Positions 50,101 to 62,718 of a stretch of DNA of 64,000 nt are shown one piece after another (the stretch's first letter is position 1; the number at the start of each line of letters is the position of its first letter). The position numbers and the translations under genes are program-made. Location of the stretch: NCBI GenBank assembly GCA_973895155.1, contig OZ316892.1:28172307-28236306 (forward strand), in the 5' to 3' direction. This DNA is from Marsupella aquatica. Its lineage: Eukaryota > Plantae > Marchantiophyta. The notes beneath the pieces were generated by a model. The model ran no database searches. It was not told the origin of the DNA and was given only the letters and a program-made list of their open reading frames with translations.

Positions 50101-51812
50101 CGTGTTGGCAAAAGAGCGTCTTTGCATTCTGCTTATCGAGGAAATCAACTTCGTAGACCTGCAGGGCTGTTACATTTTTATAGGACTCGAGAATGTCAAC
50201 GTTACGGGTGGTGATGATCACACAACTATCCTTTCCAAACTGTTCCAAGTTGGGTAAGATTTTCAGTTTATCTGCTGAGTCTACGCCATCCAATATTAGA
50301 AGTGTGGTAAGCTTCTCCACGTCCGACCAATCAAAGTAATGGGAGGGGTAGGTCTGCGATCCGAAATAAAAACATTGGGCAATCCGTTTTTGCAATTTGT
50401 GGCTTGCGATGTCCTTCACGTTCTCAACGAAGCAAGTGCAGTTGAGGTTTTTCGAAATGGTGTTGAATACTTGCTTAGCCAGGGTGGTCTTGCCGATGCC
50501 ACCCATGCCAGAAATTACCAACATCGTTCGCCCTTTTAGCTTCCCTATGATTTCCTCAGCACGACTCTCCAGCTGGACAGGATGGTCAGGCAATCGCTCA
50601 CATTTTCCGATGGGCTGCAGCTGCACCTGCCGCAAAGTTTAAATCATTCCTAGTCAATCCAAGTGCACCTCAACAAAAAACACCCTCGAATTCAAGGAAG
50701 TTCAACCTGAGTTTCAATTTGTGTTTTTCTAATTCTTGCTTTTCCGAACCTTCAAGATGCGACTGACTGTATACATCACGGAAATACTTGAATCACGGCT
50801 TTGATCGTCCTTATCGTCACTTTGCCCAAGTGAGCAAATAACAGAGACTCTGGCATGGTCGATTCTAGGTGAACATAGTTTCTAAGGAAGGAACGGAGGA
50901 TACTGTTGAACATTGTAGGGAGATACACCGGTATGGTGTACCGTCCCAGAGACCGCGGTAGAAGGTAATATGGTCATCTGACATACAGCATGCGATCATT
51001 TCCAATGCGGACATCGACCTTCCTGCCCCGAAGTTCAACTTCCATTGAGCCTCTCGTTACGGAGTAGCTGAGGGACAATTGACAGAACTTCTAATTAAGC
51101 TATTACCATTCAACCCTCACAATTCTCTGAAGCATGGTCGATCAGTGAAGATGCGGCAGATTTCATTGATCGAGGTCTCTACGATTGCCGAAATAAAGGA
51201 ACAGTCTATGATACAAAATTTCCCGGAGCCGGCCTGGATGAAAGTCAGGGCGGAGCAATACCTGAGGAGAGTCTTCATTGAATTTGTCAGGCCCAGAAGC
51301 TGTTGAAATATCAGAAATGTCTTCATACCAGTGACCGGTCATTTTGCTTTGAGTCGAAGATTTGAGGGCCTCGTACTCGGGACTCCTGAGTTGGAAAGCA
51401 GGTCACGTATGAGTTCATCATGCAAGATATAACATATGTGCACCGTCGCTTTTATCAAGACCTTTGAAGATTAAGCTCTGGCAGATTATTTCACGAATCT
51501 ACTGTAGAAAGTTTGATAGTTTGAGAACATGTAATTGCTCTAGCTGGGCGGGAAGAACAAATCGACCTGCTTCGTAGAGTCAGCATTCCAAAGGTAACGA
51601 CCAAGTTAGGACTGCGAATTACCTGAACTTTGAATTTCTTACTTGAGCTTTCTGGATACGATTGAGAGTACGGCCGGCGCGTACACATTGATGTTGATCC
51701 TGAATGAGCACCTGCTCGTTTCCAGGGTCGCCCTGCCCTCCACACCATACACCACTCAGAATTTGAGGAGCCCACGATTGAAGAAGATCAGCGGGACATC
51801 AGATACGGCCAT
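47178..51812 (-). CDS. NLR (NB-ARC + LRR) with unrecognised N-terminal domain; possible pseudogene allele
   Basis: NB-ARC exon 50626-49559: P-loop GMGGIGKTT, kinase-2 LLILDGVD, CVIITTRN, KCEGVPLTL, LRVSYDAL, VHESLRDLA. LRR exon 49334-47178 with many LxxLPxxFGxLxxL repeats. Proposed 5' exons 51812-51643, 51067-50987, 50749-50707 join in frame via GT-AG but contain TGA at 51758-51756. NB-LRR core is certain, the 5' model is tentative. Confidence 0.88.
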
Positions 51813-53138
51813 GCTGATTTTCTGGCGACCGTTCAAATTTCTCGAGATTAGGGGATCTAATCAGGTTTTCGCTCCCCAAAATCACCTCTTCAGTTGCACC
51901 GTCAGTAATCACTGTGCGTTCCTGTTGTACATATGTAGGTAACGCAACCTAGGTACGCGAAAGCAGCAGTTCCAAATTATCTTCTTTTGATAGATTCATC
52001 TGTCACGTTCGGCTTCTCAAAATTCCTCTGTCACGATTCCCCAGCCATCGATTCTATCGTACCAAGCTCATCCTCAATTCATTCTTTTTTATTCCATTCA
52101 TCGAATTAGATTCTTAAAGATATGCAATGTTGAATCTTGTGCCCGGTCTACCGAGCAGTGTGAGGTGGGGCCATCTTGTCTTCCACCTTCTCCAACAAGT
52201 TTATTTTTATAATCTTTGAATTGTCTGATACAGCTTTTGGACCCGGAGATTGGACGGTACGCCTGAGCGACTCGTTTTTGGCTTAGCACTCTAATGCCAT
52301 GGTCCCCTTAGAATTTCTGTCCAATTAACACATGGAAGCGTGTGGTTCGGCTCAGCAATTTTCCTTCGGAACCTTGAAAGAGGCTTTATTCAGAGAGCAA
52401 TATAAACTGGAAAGCAGGAGGGAAAATAAGTCACAAATCATCCACCCGGAAGGGACATCCGAGCCAGGGATTGGAACACAGGGACCATCGATCAAATTGA
52501 GTGATTCAGAAGTTTTCCACGAGATCTTCACGAACCCCGCCAGCTGCAGACCAAGTCGCACGGCAATTAGTTCTAACCAGATCATTTTATTGAATCTCTC
52601 CGTGTCAATGTTTTTACGGTTATCAGAACAAGAACAATGCATACTTGATGCATCCCTACAGTGTCTGTAGTGCCTTGCACTCTTTGAAAATGGTAGTTGC
52701 AGAGGTGTACACCTTTAGGAACGATCACGGAATGATCAAGATGTAGAAATGAGGCTGATCTCCTTTCTTGCTGGCTTTCTAACTGATCATTGCAGGCGTC
52801 GATAGTGCATGCTGGGGCTTTGTGTAGGTGAGACAGAGAGCGAATCAATTAAGGAATTCATGAGTCAACGCGATCCCAATTGGAGCAAAAGACAAGATAA
52901 TTTATATCAAGGTTCTGAGATGTGCAGGAGCTTTCCATTTGGAAACTTTTGCAGAGGGTTCAAATCACTGCTGGGACAAAGGCCGGCTGGACACGCGACT
53001 CTGCATGAAGTTTCTACGGATTCTCCGAAAAAGGTTACAAATGGATTGCAGATATTTCACCGCCTCCAGAAGCCCGAGGGTACAGTATCAGGAAGTCAAT
53101 TTCTAACCTGCAACAGCTACAGTAGTTATCTAAATTAT

Positions 53139-53520
53139 GTTTGTCCCTAAATTTCATATCTGTAGTCTGTCTTGGAATCAATTCTTTAGTTTAATTTAAA
53201 GCTCCAAGCTCCCGGGAGACTTGTCCAAATTTCATATCTCTAGTCTGTCTTGGAATTAATTCTTCAATTTAATTTAAAGCTCCAAGCTCCTGGGAGTTTT
53301 GTCCGAATTTTCATATCCCTATTCGTCACCTTGGAATTAATTCTTCAATTTAAATTAAAACTTCCAGCTTGCGGGAGGTTTGTCCAAATTTCATATCTTT
53401 AGTTTGTCTTGGAATTCATTCTTCAATTTAATTTAAAACTCCAAACTCCAAGGAGGTATGTCCGAATTTCATGTCTCTAGTCTCTCTTGGAATTGTTAAA
53501 GCTCCAAGCTCTCGGGAGGA
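53139..53520. repeat. Tandem array, ~80-bp unit, ~5 copies
   Basis: Unit TTGTCC.AATTTCATATCT.TAGTCTGTCTTGGAATT.ATTCTTCAATTTAATTTAAAGCTCCAAGCTCC.GGGAG repeated with ~80-bp period. Confidence 0.93.
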
Positions 53521-54429
53521 ATCGGAACAACTTCCTCCCACAGTAGCAATCCAAGTCTATCCGAGGGGGATATTCTATATTTATTTACACTATGTAGACA
53601 TAATTGATGCCATTCATATTTGGGCGGTAACATCTTCAGCACTCGGACAGTCTCCAACAATCTACGTTACTCATTTTCAGGTACACCAATTTGTGCGGTC
53701 TGGGCAGATGAAATGCTCTTCGCATTGAAACTACAGATTGTGGGGCTCAATTGAGCTAAATTGCATTAATAAGGTCTCGTGAGGGTATTACCTCGTGAGG
53801 GCATTACCTGATTGCATGGCCATGTCGGCAGTTGATTTGTTACGTTGCGATGCACAATCCTGAGGTTCGAATCCTGCACCATAATTAGTGTATGGTGATG
53901 CTTCCCTAAAGTCAGCCATCACTCAAATTCCGCCCTGATGGATCAACTGATTGCTTCCTATTCCTCGCCCTCAATCCTCCCTTGTCCTGTTGATACAGGA
54001 CCAGAATAAGACCATATGAAGCTACCCGGCCCTGATCTCCCAAAAACCTCTTCGATTCAAGCCCCTTGGTTCAGCATTCAAGCCGAGGCTCAAGATCTGA
54101 CATCGATGGCGACTCCCTAGTGATAGGTTGAGGTCTCTCCCATCTGCTCGAACTCCTAGAGTTTTTGAGGTGCCGGTTTGCGTTTGGAAAGACGAGTGGT
54201 CACTGGGTCTATGGGCCAGTCGGTGGCCCGACTCGATAAATTCATCGTGCAAGCTAAGCTTCCGAGTATTTTGATGAGGATCTGTTGCAGCGGTTTGCAA
54301 AGGTGAAATTAGAGTAGTGGGTTGGATTCCTGTGCTAAAGGAACCAGGGGAGTTTGTTGATGTTGGTGAGCAGCAAGTGAACATTTGTTGTTGAGTTTCA
54401 GATTGTACTAGCAAACGCAGATCAACCGG

Positions 54430-55600
54430 AGTCATCGACTAGAAGAATATTTGGTCGTACTGTACGCGCTCCACCAAGGTATATGGACAGTGGATTGATT
54501 TATCTCATTTACAATAGGATAATTTTGTTGCTGATGAGGGTGATGCGTTGATTTTGGAAGAAGGAGAACCTTCTTCATTTCATGAGGCAAGTGCTTCAAA
54601 GGAGAAGCAGAAGTGGAGTACAACAATGTAAATGGAGATGCAGTCACTGAAAGACAACAAAACTTGAGAGTTTGTCAAGCTGTTTGAGGAACAACAAGTG
54701 GTGGACAGCAAATGGATATACAAGCTGAAAGATCAGTCCACGGGAGGCGGATCAAAAGGTTACAAGGCTAGGTTAGTAGCAAAGGGATTGACATAGGAGA
54801 AAGCCAGGTGTGGATTATAATAAAGTTCTCTCATCAGTTGCTAAGTACTCTACAATATGACTATTGTGTGTGCTTGTTGTTATGTTGGATATGCTGCTAG
54901 ATCAGATGGATGTTGTCGCAACTTTTCTCTATGGCACCTTGCTCTTCATGAGACTACCGCTAGGTTTTGTGACGAGAGGACAAGAGGATTTGGTTTGCAA
55001 ATTGTTGAGATCTTTGTATGGGTTGAAGCAATCACCAAGATAGTGGAATAAGCAATTTGATGATTGGATTCATACACAAGGTTTTCATAAGAATGTGTTT
55101 GACTTTGTGTGTATCTTGAACCGGTGAAGAATGTTATCTTTGGGTTCATATATTGTTTTAGTACTTTATGTGGATGACATGCTTATTGTGACCAAGGATA
55201 GGTTTGAGATTGTTAAGCTCAATTAAGGCACTGTTCAGTGTAGAGTTTAAGATGAAGGACTTAGGGCCAACTAAGAGGGTTTTGGGTATGGAGATCACTA
55301 GGGACTTGGAGGCAGATAAGCTATGGTTGACGCAAAGCACTTATGTGAGGAAGGTAATTGCAAGATTCAACATGGAGGATAACAAGCCAATAAGTACCCC
55401 GTTGGCTCCACATTTCAAGATGTCATCAGCCTTTTGTCCTATGGATGAGATAGAGAAGGGGCTAATGTTAAAGGTTCCTTATGATAAGGCAGTGGGGAGT
55501 CATGTATTTTATGACTTGCACTAGACCTGATCTTGCCATGGCTATGGGCAAGGTGAGCAGACTAGGTACATGTCGAATCCAAGGAAGTGGATTATCCGCT
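54430..55600 (+). mobile_element. Ty1/Copia LTR-retrotransposon pol remnant (RT), heavily disrupted
   Basis: RTVRAPPRY linker, EPSSFHEA, VVDSKWIYKLK, YKARLVAKG, QMDV, LYGLKQSPR, LYVDDMLI (~55164-55187), MKDLGPTKRVLGMEI, VPYDKAVGS, CTRPDLA; many stops and frameshifts; no LTRs seen. Confidence 0.95.
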
Positions 55601-56064
55601 TGGGGGGGTCCACTTCCACAAATATTGACATCGTGTGCGAACAAAGTAAGGGGCGTTTTATTCATTTTAGCTAGGGAAGTACTTAGGAGTAGCGAGGAAG
55701 TAAGTAAGTGGGTAACAATTCAAAAATTGTCACTTGTCATCACATGATTCATTGCTTGCCTATGGCATTTTCACATTTTCATGCAAATGGCAAGCAAACA
55801 AGGTCTTGGCCAACTCCCAATGCATTGTCACCCTTGCTTTTGAAGCTGCCACGCTGCTTTCCTCAACAAGATGTACCTCATCATGCATGGTCATCCTTGT
55901 TTGCTAAGCCAGTCACTCTAATAAGCTCCTTTACATCAATGGTAACTCTACTAACTTCATCTTTTCCATAGTCAAACATTTTCATGGTCCCTGAATGTCT
56001 TAAATCCCCGAAGCTCTAAATCTGCTTATCCATTAGCCACTTTTTGGCTTCCTCTACCAATGAC

Positions 56065-56560
56065 TCATCCACAAATTAAGTCCTTGTGCATAACACACAA
56101 GTTATGCAAACAGATGCAAGCTCCAACTAGATCAGCCACATGATCCAATCTCATTTCAATGCAACGCAATAAAATCTGCCACCGTCCTTTCAAGACCCAA
56201 AATGCACATTCAGATACACACATTTTTGTCGAACTTTGGATGAAGTTCCAATGGGCTCTCATAGGGTCAAGTTGCTCTTTCGATCCTTTGAAAGGAACAT
56301 ACATGCAGGTCCTGAAGGGATAGGCTGCATCACCAATAAGCTTATCCGGCAGGTAATCCCCACGAATTGTTTTCATTTCTACCCATGAGTTAACAAAGAG
56401 AATATAATCATGAAGCGAGCCTGCCCAACCAAAATCCCAGTCCCAAAAAGTTATCTTTGTGTCCACAATTCCCTGCAACGAAGCCGAATAAAATCCCTTC
56501 CTGTTATAGACGGGTGCAGGATCACCAGACGGTGCACTGATGGGGATATGGGAGCCATTG
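56065..56560 (-). mobile_element. PIF/Harbinger (DDE_Tnp_4, HARBI1-like) transposase remnant
   Basis: HIPISAP...YNRKGFYS..LQGIVD...GWAGSLHD...LIGDAAYP...NFIQSSTKMCV.ECAFWVLKGRWQIL...ACICLHNLC. Confidence 0.92.
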
Positions 56561-57089
56561 AGACTTCAGACTAAGTAAAAATTCTGAAGTAATTGGATAT
56601 TACTTTGAATTGGAACAAATTCAATCACAAACTCTGACCTCTGTCTTAGCATTCTTGACCTCACATTGCAATGGTCCATGCTAATTTCTGTTTTGCAATG
56701 GTCCATGTTGATTTTCTTCTTGATTGATGAGACTGGAATCTTCTTGGCTCCCCATTCCATGTGCGATTTGGCTCCACATTCCGTCTCTGTTCAGCAGCAA
56801 TTTTAGAGTTTGATATGTAAGCTAGAGCCGAGCTGAGACCAAGTTGTGAAAGGGTGGGGCTGACAGGACCGCTAATTAGAAGTGAGCAATGTGCCCCCAG
56901 ATCCTTTCCCGCTAGCGTTAGCCAAAGATTCAGGTGGAGTGGGTCCCAAGTTGTCTTCTAGTCAATGATTCTAGCTACACTGGCTGGAGTTCCCTTTACA
57001 AGATGTCGGGGGCAATAAAAGTATTCTAAATTCTCTGGTAGCCCCGGTATACTGTTTTTAGCATGTGAAACTGCTGCTGGCTCAGCTTT

Positions 57090-57972
57090 CAGGGCCGTTT
57101 GCTTGCTTTTCATGCTGCAGCGAGGGCTGCTCGTCTTAAGGAGGAAGCTTATGCCACGCGTTACCCGGGAGACCTTTTTAACCCGTTTGCTGTGGAGGGT
57201 CTTTGGAGCATTGCACCCAACTCTTGACCATTTCTTGAGCTCTTGTGCGGTTCATTATGTGGAGCAATGACCTTATTCCCCTGTTTCTGTTATCAAGGCC
57301 TTTTTTAGATAGTGGGTATCTATTGCGCTTCAGCGAGCACATGCTTTCACTATCCTTCATAGAGGAGAGGCGGTAAGTTGGAGTCTGGCCATCTAGTCGG
57401 ATTCCCTTGCTTGACCCTCTTATGCAGTTCACGCCTGAGCTTTGTCAGGCCCTTCAATATGCCACTAGGTAGACTTTAGGGTAGTGTGTCTTCAGTTTTC
57501 CTTGGGCTGGGCTTGTGACTCGCCTTTTTGGCTTTTTGGCCTTTTCTTTGTTTTGCCTTGATTGGGTTTTTGGACTGTGGGATCCTCTCTCTCTCCCCAT
57601 TCAGGCCCCCATTGATTGGAAAAAAAATAAAATTAAACAAGGGGCTGAGCCCCGAAAACTTTATTCCACAAGGAAGGCTAGGGAAAACCAAAGAAAACTG
57701 CCTGGAGGAAGGAGGCAGAGTGAAAAAAAACGAGCAATTAAGGGGGGCCAGGAGAAGGAGCACCCCCATTGACTAGTCTTTTTGGCTTTTTGGACTTTTC
57801 TCTGTTTTCCTTTGATTGGGTTTTTGGGATGTGGGATCCTCTCTCTCCCCTTGAGGGCCAGTGACTAGTCTTTTTGGCTTTTTGGACTTTTCTTTGTTTT
57901 CCTTTGATTGGGTTTTCGGCTTGTGGGATCCTCTCTCTCCCCTTGAGGCCCCTGCTTTTTGGCTGATATATA
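57090..57972 (+). mobile_element. Decayed 3' end of an RLE-type (CRE-like) non-LTR retrotransposon with repeated T-rich 3' UTR
   Basis: AAARAARLKEEAYATRYPGDLFNPFAVE(fs)VFGALHPTLDHFLSSCA...SVIKAFFR*WVSIALQRAHAFTI; then three copies of TTTTTGGCTTTTTGG.CTTTTCT.TGTTTT.C.TTGATTGGG...GGGATCCTCTCTC, ending CTTTTTGGCTGATATATATA. Confidence 0.8.
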
Positions 57973-58114
57973 TACCTTTGAATTGAACTCGTATGTGTAT
58001 TATTATCGATGAATATCGAGGGACGGAAGAATCGATGCTGCCGGCAGAGGGCTTGAAGGTTTCCGTAGAAGGAGCTCGAAGGAGCTGCACGTACGGCCCA
58101 TTGAACGTCGTTTG

Positions 58115-61100
58115 ATGATCGATGTGAGCGCAGTTGTGATGCGAGAGTTCATCATGAATAGAGAGGATGCAGCTGCTGAGTCGCAGTCTAGCCCGGTCGA
58201 CAAGATTGCCAGTTTACTACAATACGCTAGCACGGGGCAGGTAGATGGCGTCAGGCAAATCCTTGACGAAGGCCTGCCTGTAGACTCCGCGGATTATGAT
58301 GGGCGAACAGCGCTGCATCTCGCGGCTAGTGAGGGCAACCTTGGCGTAGTTGAGTTGTTGTTGGAGCGCGAAGCTAAGGGCAATTTAGTCGATCGGTGGC
58401 AGGACACGGTAAGCGCAGAACTTGAACTCCATCCGTCAAATTTTTTGGCATGATTCACGTTCAGATTGTGATACTTGAACATTGCAACATTCTGCTCATA
58501 TATTGATCGATGTCCGACCATGTGTAGCCCTTGGTGAATGCGGAGCGCTACATACAAGGGACCGAAACCAAACGAAAAGAATACAAGAAAGTTTCAGAAC
58601 TTCTCGCCGCCCGGGTCAAAGAGGTATATACGTTCGACATCGCTGGCTTTAAGCAGCTCGCGTACACGGATTAACTGTGAAAGATCAAATTATCTTTGCC
58701 TTGAACGATGACTTCCTTAAGAAATATAACCCCAGAGGATTTTGTGGTTCGCAAACGAGGGAATAAGCCAGGGGCGGGTCCAATAGACGGGCGCAAGAGC
58801 AGAAGCTCATGCACCCGAATTGGTCCAGCCGGAGGTGATGAAATGAGAAGTCCGGCCTTGAAGTTTTGACCATTGTTGAACTTTCTTAATTGTTTGTTGA
58901 ATTGATATATTGTCCGGTCTTACTTAGCCTGGGACAATCCAAATCGACAAAGAGCGGGCGGAGATGAAGGAGGAAATAGAGCAGCTAGAGCTCCTAGAGC
59001 AGCTGAAGGAAGATTACGAGATCGACATCGAAGAGCTCAACTTGCAGGACGCCACCGTAATCGGCAGAGTGAGTTGAATTTAATGGCTTCTTAATTGCAT
59101 TCCTACGCTGTGGATGTGATTCACAGCTAGCTCTAGTGATTATTTAGCTTGTAGCTAGCCATTCACGAGTTCCTATGTAAGGCCAGCTGGTCAAACAGGT
59201 TTGAGCACTGGATTTGATTTGGACATATACACTCGCCACAACTTGCTCGGACATCACTAACTGACGAGAATTTTGTTGCGAGCAAATTTCCACGTGCTTA
59301 ATAGTTTGCTAATGATCAGGCTCCAAAGTCTGAATGCGCTAGTGTCTCTGGATCAGGGTTCCTACGGACAAGTGAAATTGGCGAAATGGCGGGGAACGAA
59401 GGTTGCAGCGAAAACCATTTTGGAGAAGCTTGCAAAGAGAGAAGAAATAAAGTCAGTCCTTCAACACCAAAAAATCTCCCATTAATTTGTCATTTTGCGA
59501 GAACTGTCACAACTTTTGTTGATCAGATTGAGCCTCTTTAAACCTTCGTGTTTATGGAATTATTGTGCAATTAAAAACAATTTTGAGCCTAGCTTCAGGA
59601 CTGGAAAGGTCTCCTCAGTCGTAATCTATGCAGCACTCGCTTAGTGGAAAAGTAACATGCCCTGTGATTCCTGGCCGGACAACAGGAAGGAGTTCCGCAT
59701 GGAGCTCCTGTTGCTGCAAAGTCTCCGACACCCCAATATTGTTGAGTTCCTTGGAGCTGTCACGAAGAATGACGACCTCGTTATTGTCACCGAGTATCTA
59801 GCTAAGGCAAGTCTATACTGCTTGAACTCTAATTTTCTGAGATTTTCTTGATGGACCGTCGAATTCGTTACAAATAGTTATCTCCCTATTTTGATTAAGC
59901 GCAATCTGGCCAGGTGACAGATTGTAGTAACCTTCATTTCCAGCTAGAGCTCGATAACCCGTAATACAGAGTAGGTATGGAGATTGCTTTTGGAAACAGT
60001 TAAAAATTCCTTGGCATGAGCAGGGAGACCTACATGACATTATGGACAGAAGGGGTCGAATTCCAGCGAGAGATGCGGTGAACTACGCCCTTGACATTGC
60101 TCGGTAAGGTCCGACGTGAACAGATGTAAAGACCGAGCATTCAGAACCCTAGTTTAAAACGATTCATCAATTTTCTGATCTTCAAACGCTAGCTATAATG
60201 GCAAGGGCACGTGCACACACGATTCAGAAGTTATCAGCGCTTCCATTTTTAATTGCTCAACCTGCTTTTCAGGGGCATGAATTATCTTCACCAGCATAAA
60301 CCGAGAGCTATCGTTCATCGTGACCTGAAACCGAGGTACATCCGAAATTTATGCGGCCTGAAAAGTCTTTCCATTAATTAATTTCAAAGTTGATTCGAAA
60401 GCATACTTCAAGGATTTTTACTTGCAACACATGGCGTAATCAATTGAGATGGCTCCGTCCCATCCAAGTTGGTAACCATTTTTGCATTCCCCGAACTGTC
60501 CTCGTTGATCCTTAGCGATGCGCCAAAGATACGTGATGTTGAAAGATAGTCATCCGGACTTGTGCACTGTCTGTGACGGCATAGTTACTCAGAAAGTTCT
60601 TGTTTCTTTTGAATTTCTCTACAACAGTCGATTGTTTCTACTTGTGACAGCTGGTTCTAAAGCGCGTGGTCACTTAACTCGGATGATTGGCATTCCATCT
60701 AATTGGATTCAGATTTTTATAGCTAAGTGCTTTCCTTGGATTACGAATGTTCTCATCGCGATGAACATCCGTCAGAAACTTGCTACAGGATGACTCTGGC
60801 CATCTGAAGGTCGCGGACTTTGGGTTGTCCAAGTTGATGGAGCCTCGACTGCTAAAAGGAAAGGAGTTTGGATATGAAATGACAGGGGGGACAGGAACTT
60901 GTAAGTAAAGCGCGGTACAGCTATAGCTTGTCGGTCGGTACTTGGCCAAGGTGCACTTGCAGCAAAGTCAGTAATCAATGACATAGAATTATGGATCACG
61001 GGATGCCGGTGGGAATAGTCTGGACACTCGATCACAAATTATTCTGCTCGGTTTCGTACATTGCTCCAAATATTTCGGTCTGCGGGTCGGATCGAGTCGA

Positions 61101-62718
61101 CCTTATTTAGTACAGTAGTTGAGAGAACTTTTCGCACGGACCAATTTGATTTGCCAACCTTGAATGCTCGTGATCATGAAAAGTGTTGATGCGAATTGCT
61201 GCCAGACATCCACGGATTGCACGGTAGAATTTTGGGTGGGGACTCGGATATTTAAACACCAGTTAGATACGTGTATGCATATAATATTCTTCAAAGGAGT
61301 GAACAATGTCCAGACACTTGCATGTGATAACAATTACTTTCCTGAAATGCAGATCGGTACATGGCTCCTGAAGTTTTCTTACATAAAAACTACGACAAAA
61401 GCGTTGATGTGTTCTCGTTCGCAATTATCGTTGCAGAGGTACTTTTTCTGCTCGGTTATTCATACCTCAACTCAGGGAGCATCAAGATATGCATAGATAT
61501 TCTATGTTCAGATTTACAAACTAATGTTCCTTGATCCAACTTTAACTTGTGGATCTATTCGTGTTTCACCTGTAGATGTTTGAAGGTGGGCCTGCACTTT
61601 TGGGTAGGACCGGCCATTGGGTAGCACAAAAACGAGCCCAAGCAGATAGACGGCCAGAACTTCGAATGAAGTCATACCCGCACGGCATGAAAGAGTACGT
61701 GCCTATGATCCCAAACTTCAAGCTCGAACGTTCTTTGTGGCTTGCAAAGAGGATTTCTTGCATTCATACTCTTCGTCGGCCTGTGGCGTCCCATGCGAGC
61801 CTGTCGAGAAGATCAATGGTGTTATTGACTAGGTTGGATCGGCAAATTTGCGGGCAAATTTGTGTACATTACTAGCTGTGTCCGCCATAGAAGAAATTAA
61901 TCACTCGATTTAAGGAACAATCTATCAGCTGAGAGACATTACCAGGCGAAATGTCAATGCCGCTCAGGAGTAATGAATACTTTTAGTAACCTAGTTGGAG
62001 CAGAATGTTCATTCCTCACCCTCACCCTCAGGACTATTAGTATGATCAATCATATGGCTTGGACCTATATATTCTTCACGAGAGGTCCAAAGGATGTAGA
62101 TATAGGACAGCAATCCCTGTGACGATGACGATAATAGCTAGGGAATCCTAATTTTGCCGGCTTGCGTATATCTTTTGGACTGATATGGTCTGGGTCCGAA
62201 ATGGGCAGCATTGGGCCTCAATTTAATTCTGCTTTGAATTCGTGAGGACGTGCAGCCTCCTGAGGAGATGCTGGGACAAGAATCCGGTCCTGAGGCCGAC
62301 GTTTGCGGAGATCATAAAGGAGCTGGAGTGTATGCGGGCTGAGCTGATGAAGTTTCGCTGGAAGCCGAGGCCGATGCTAACGGACGCTGTCAGCAACATC
62401 TCCGGGAAATGGAAGAACTTTCAGCACAAAATGCAGCACGCTAGAATCGAGCAGTCGGGATCTGACCGCCCGTCTGACCGCCTGCCTCGCATAGATGAAG
62501 GAAAGCCTGATAGTAGGAGAGCGACTACAAAACAGTCTCGTAGAGGCGGATCTGCCCCGGGATCTGCATATGGTGGAGAGTCGCGCAGAGGCGGTGGATC
62601 ATTGAGTCGGAGGGAAGATTTGTACCCGTGGTTCTCAGCTGATGAGGGCAGTGTCTCCGCCTTCGATACATCCGAGGACAGCAGCTTGTCGACTAGCATC
62701 CACGGTCCTCCCGCATAG
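58115..62718 (+). CDS. Ankyrin-repeat Raf-like protein kinase (integrin-linked kinase-like, ILK/VIK type), ~11 exons
   Basis: Ankyrin DYDGRTALHLAASEG...VDRWQDT|PL; kinase IGR|GSYG, VAAK, LRHPNIVEFLGAV, HRDLKPR|NLL, KVADFGLSK, TGGTGT|YRYMAPEV, DVFSF, CWDKNPVLRPTF; exact start ATG uncertain (58115, 58139 or 58154). Confidence 0.93.

Noticed and set aside
51491-51775. ORF MVWRAGRPW...KVQ as the NLR first exon
   Set aside because: Its donor is phase 0 and does not join the phase-2 exon at 51067; the alternative frame with a GTAAGA donor does. Not fully excluded without RNA data.
56065-56478. Domesticated ALP1/HARBI1 host gene
   Set aside because: Truncated, lacks the N-terminal half and first catalytic DG motif, and sits among other TE debris.
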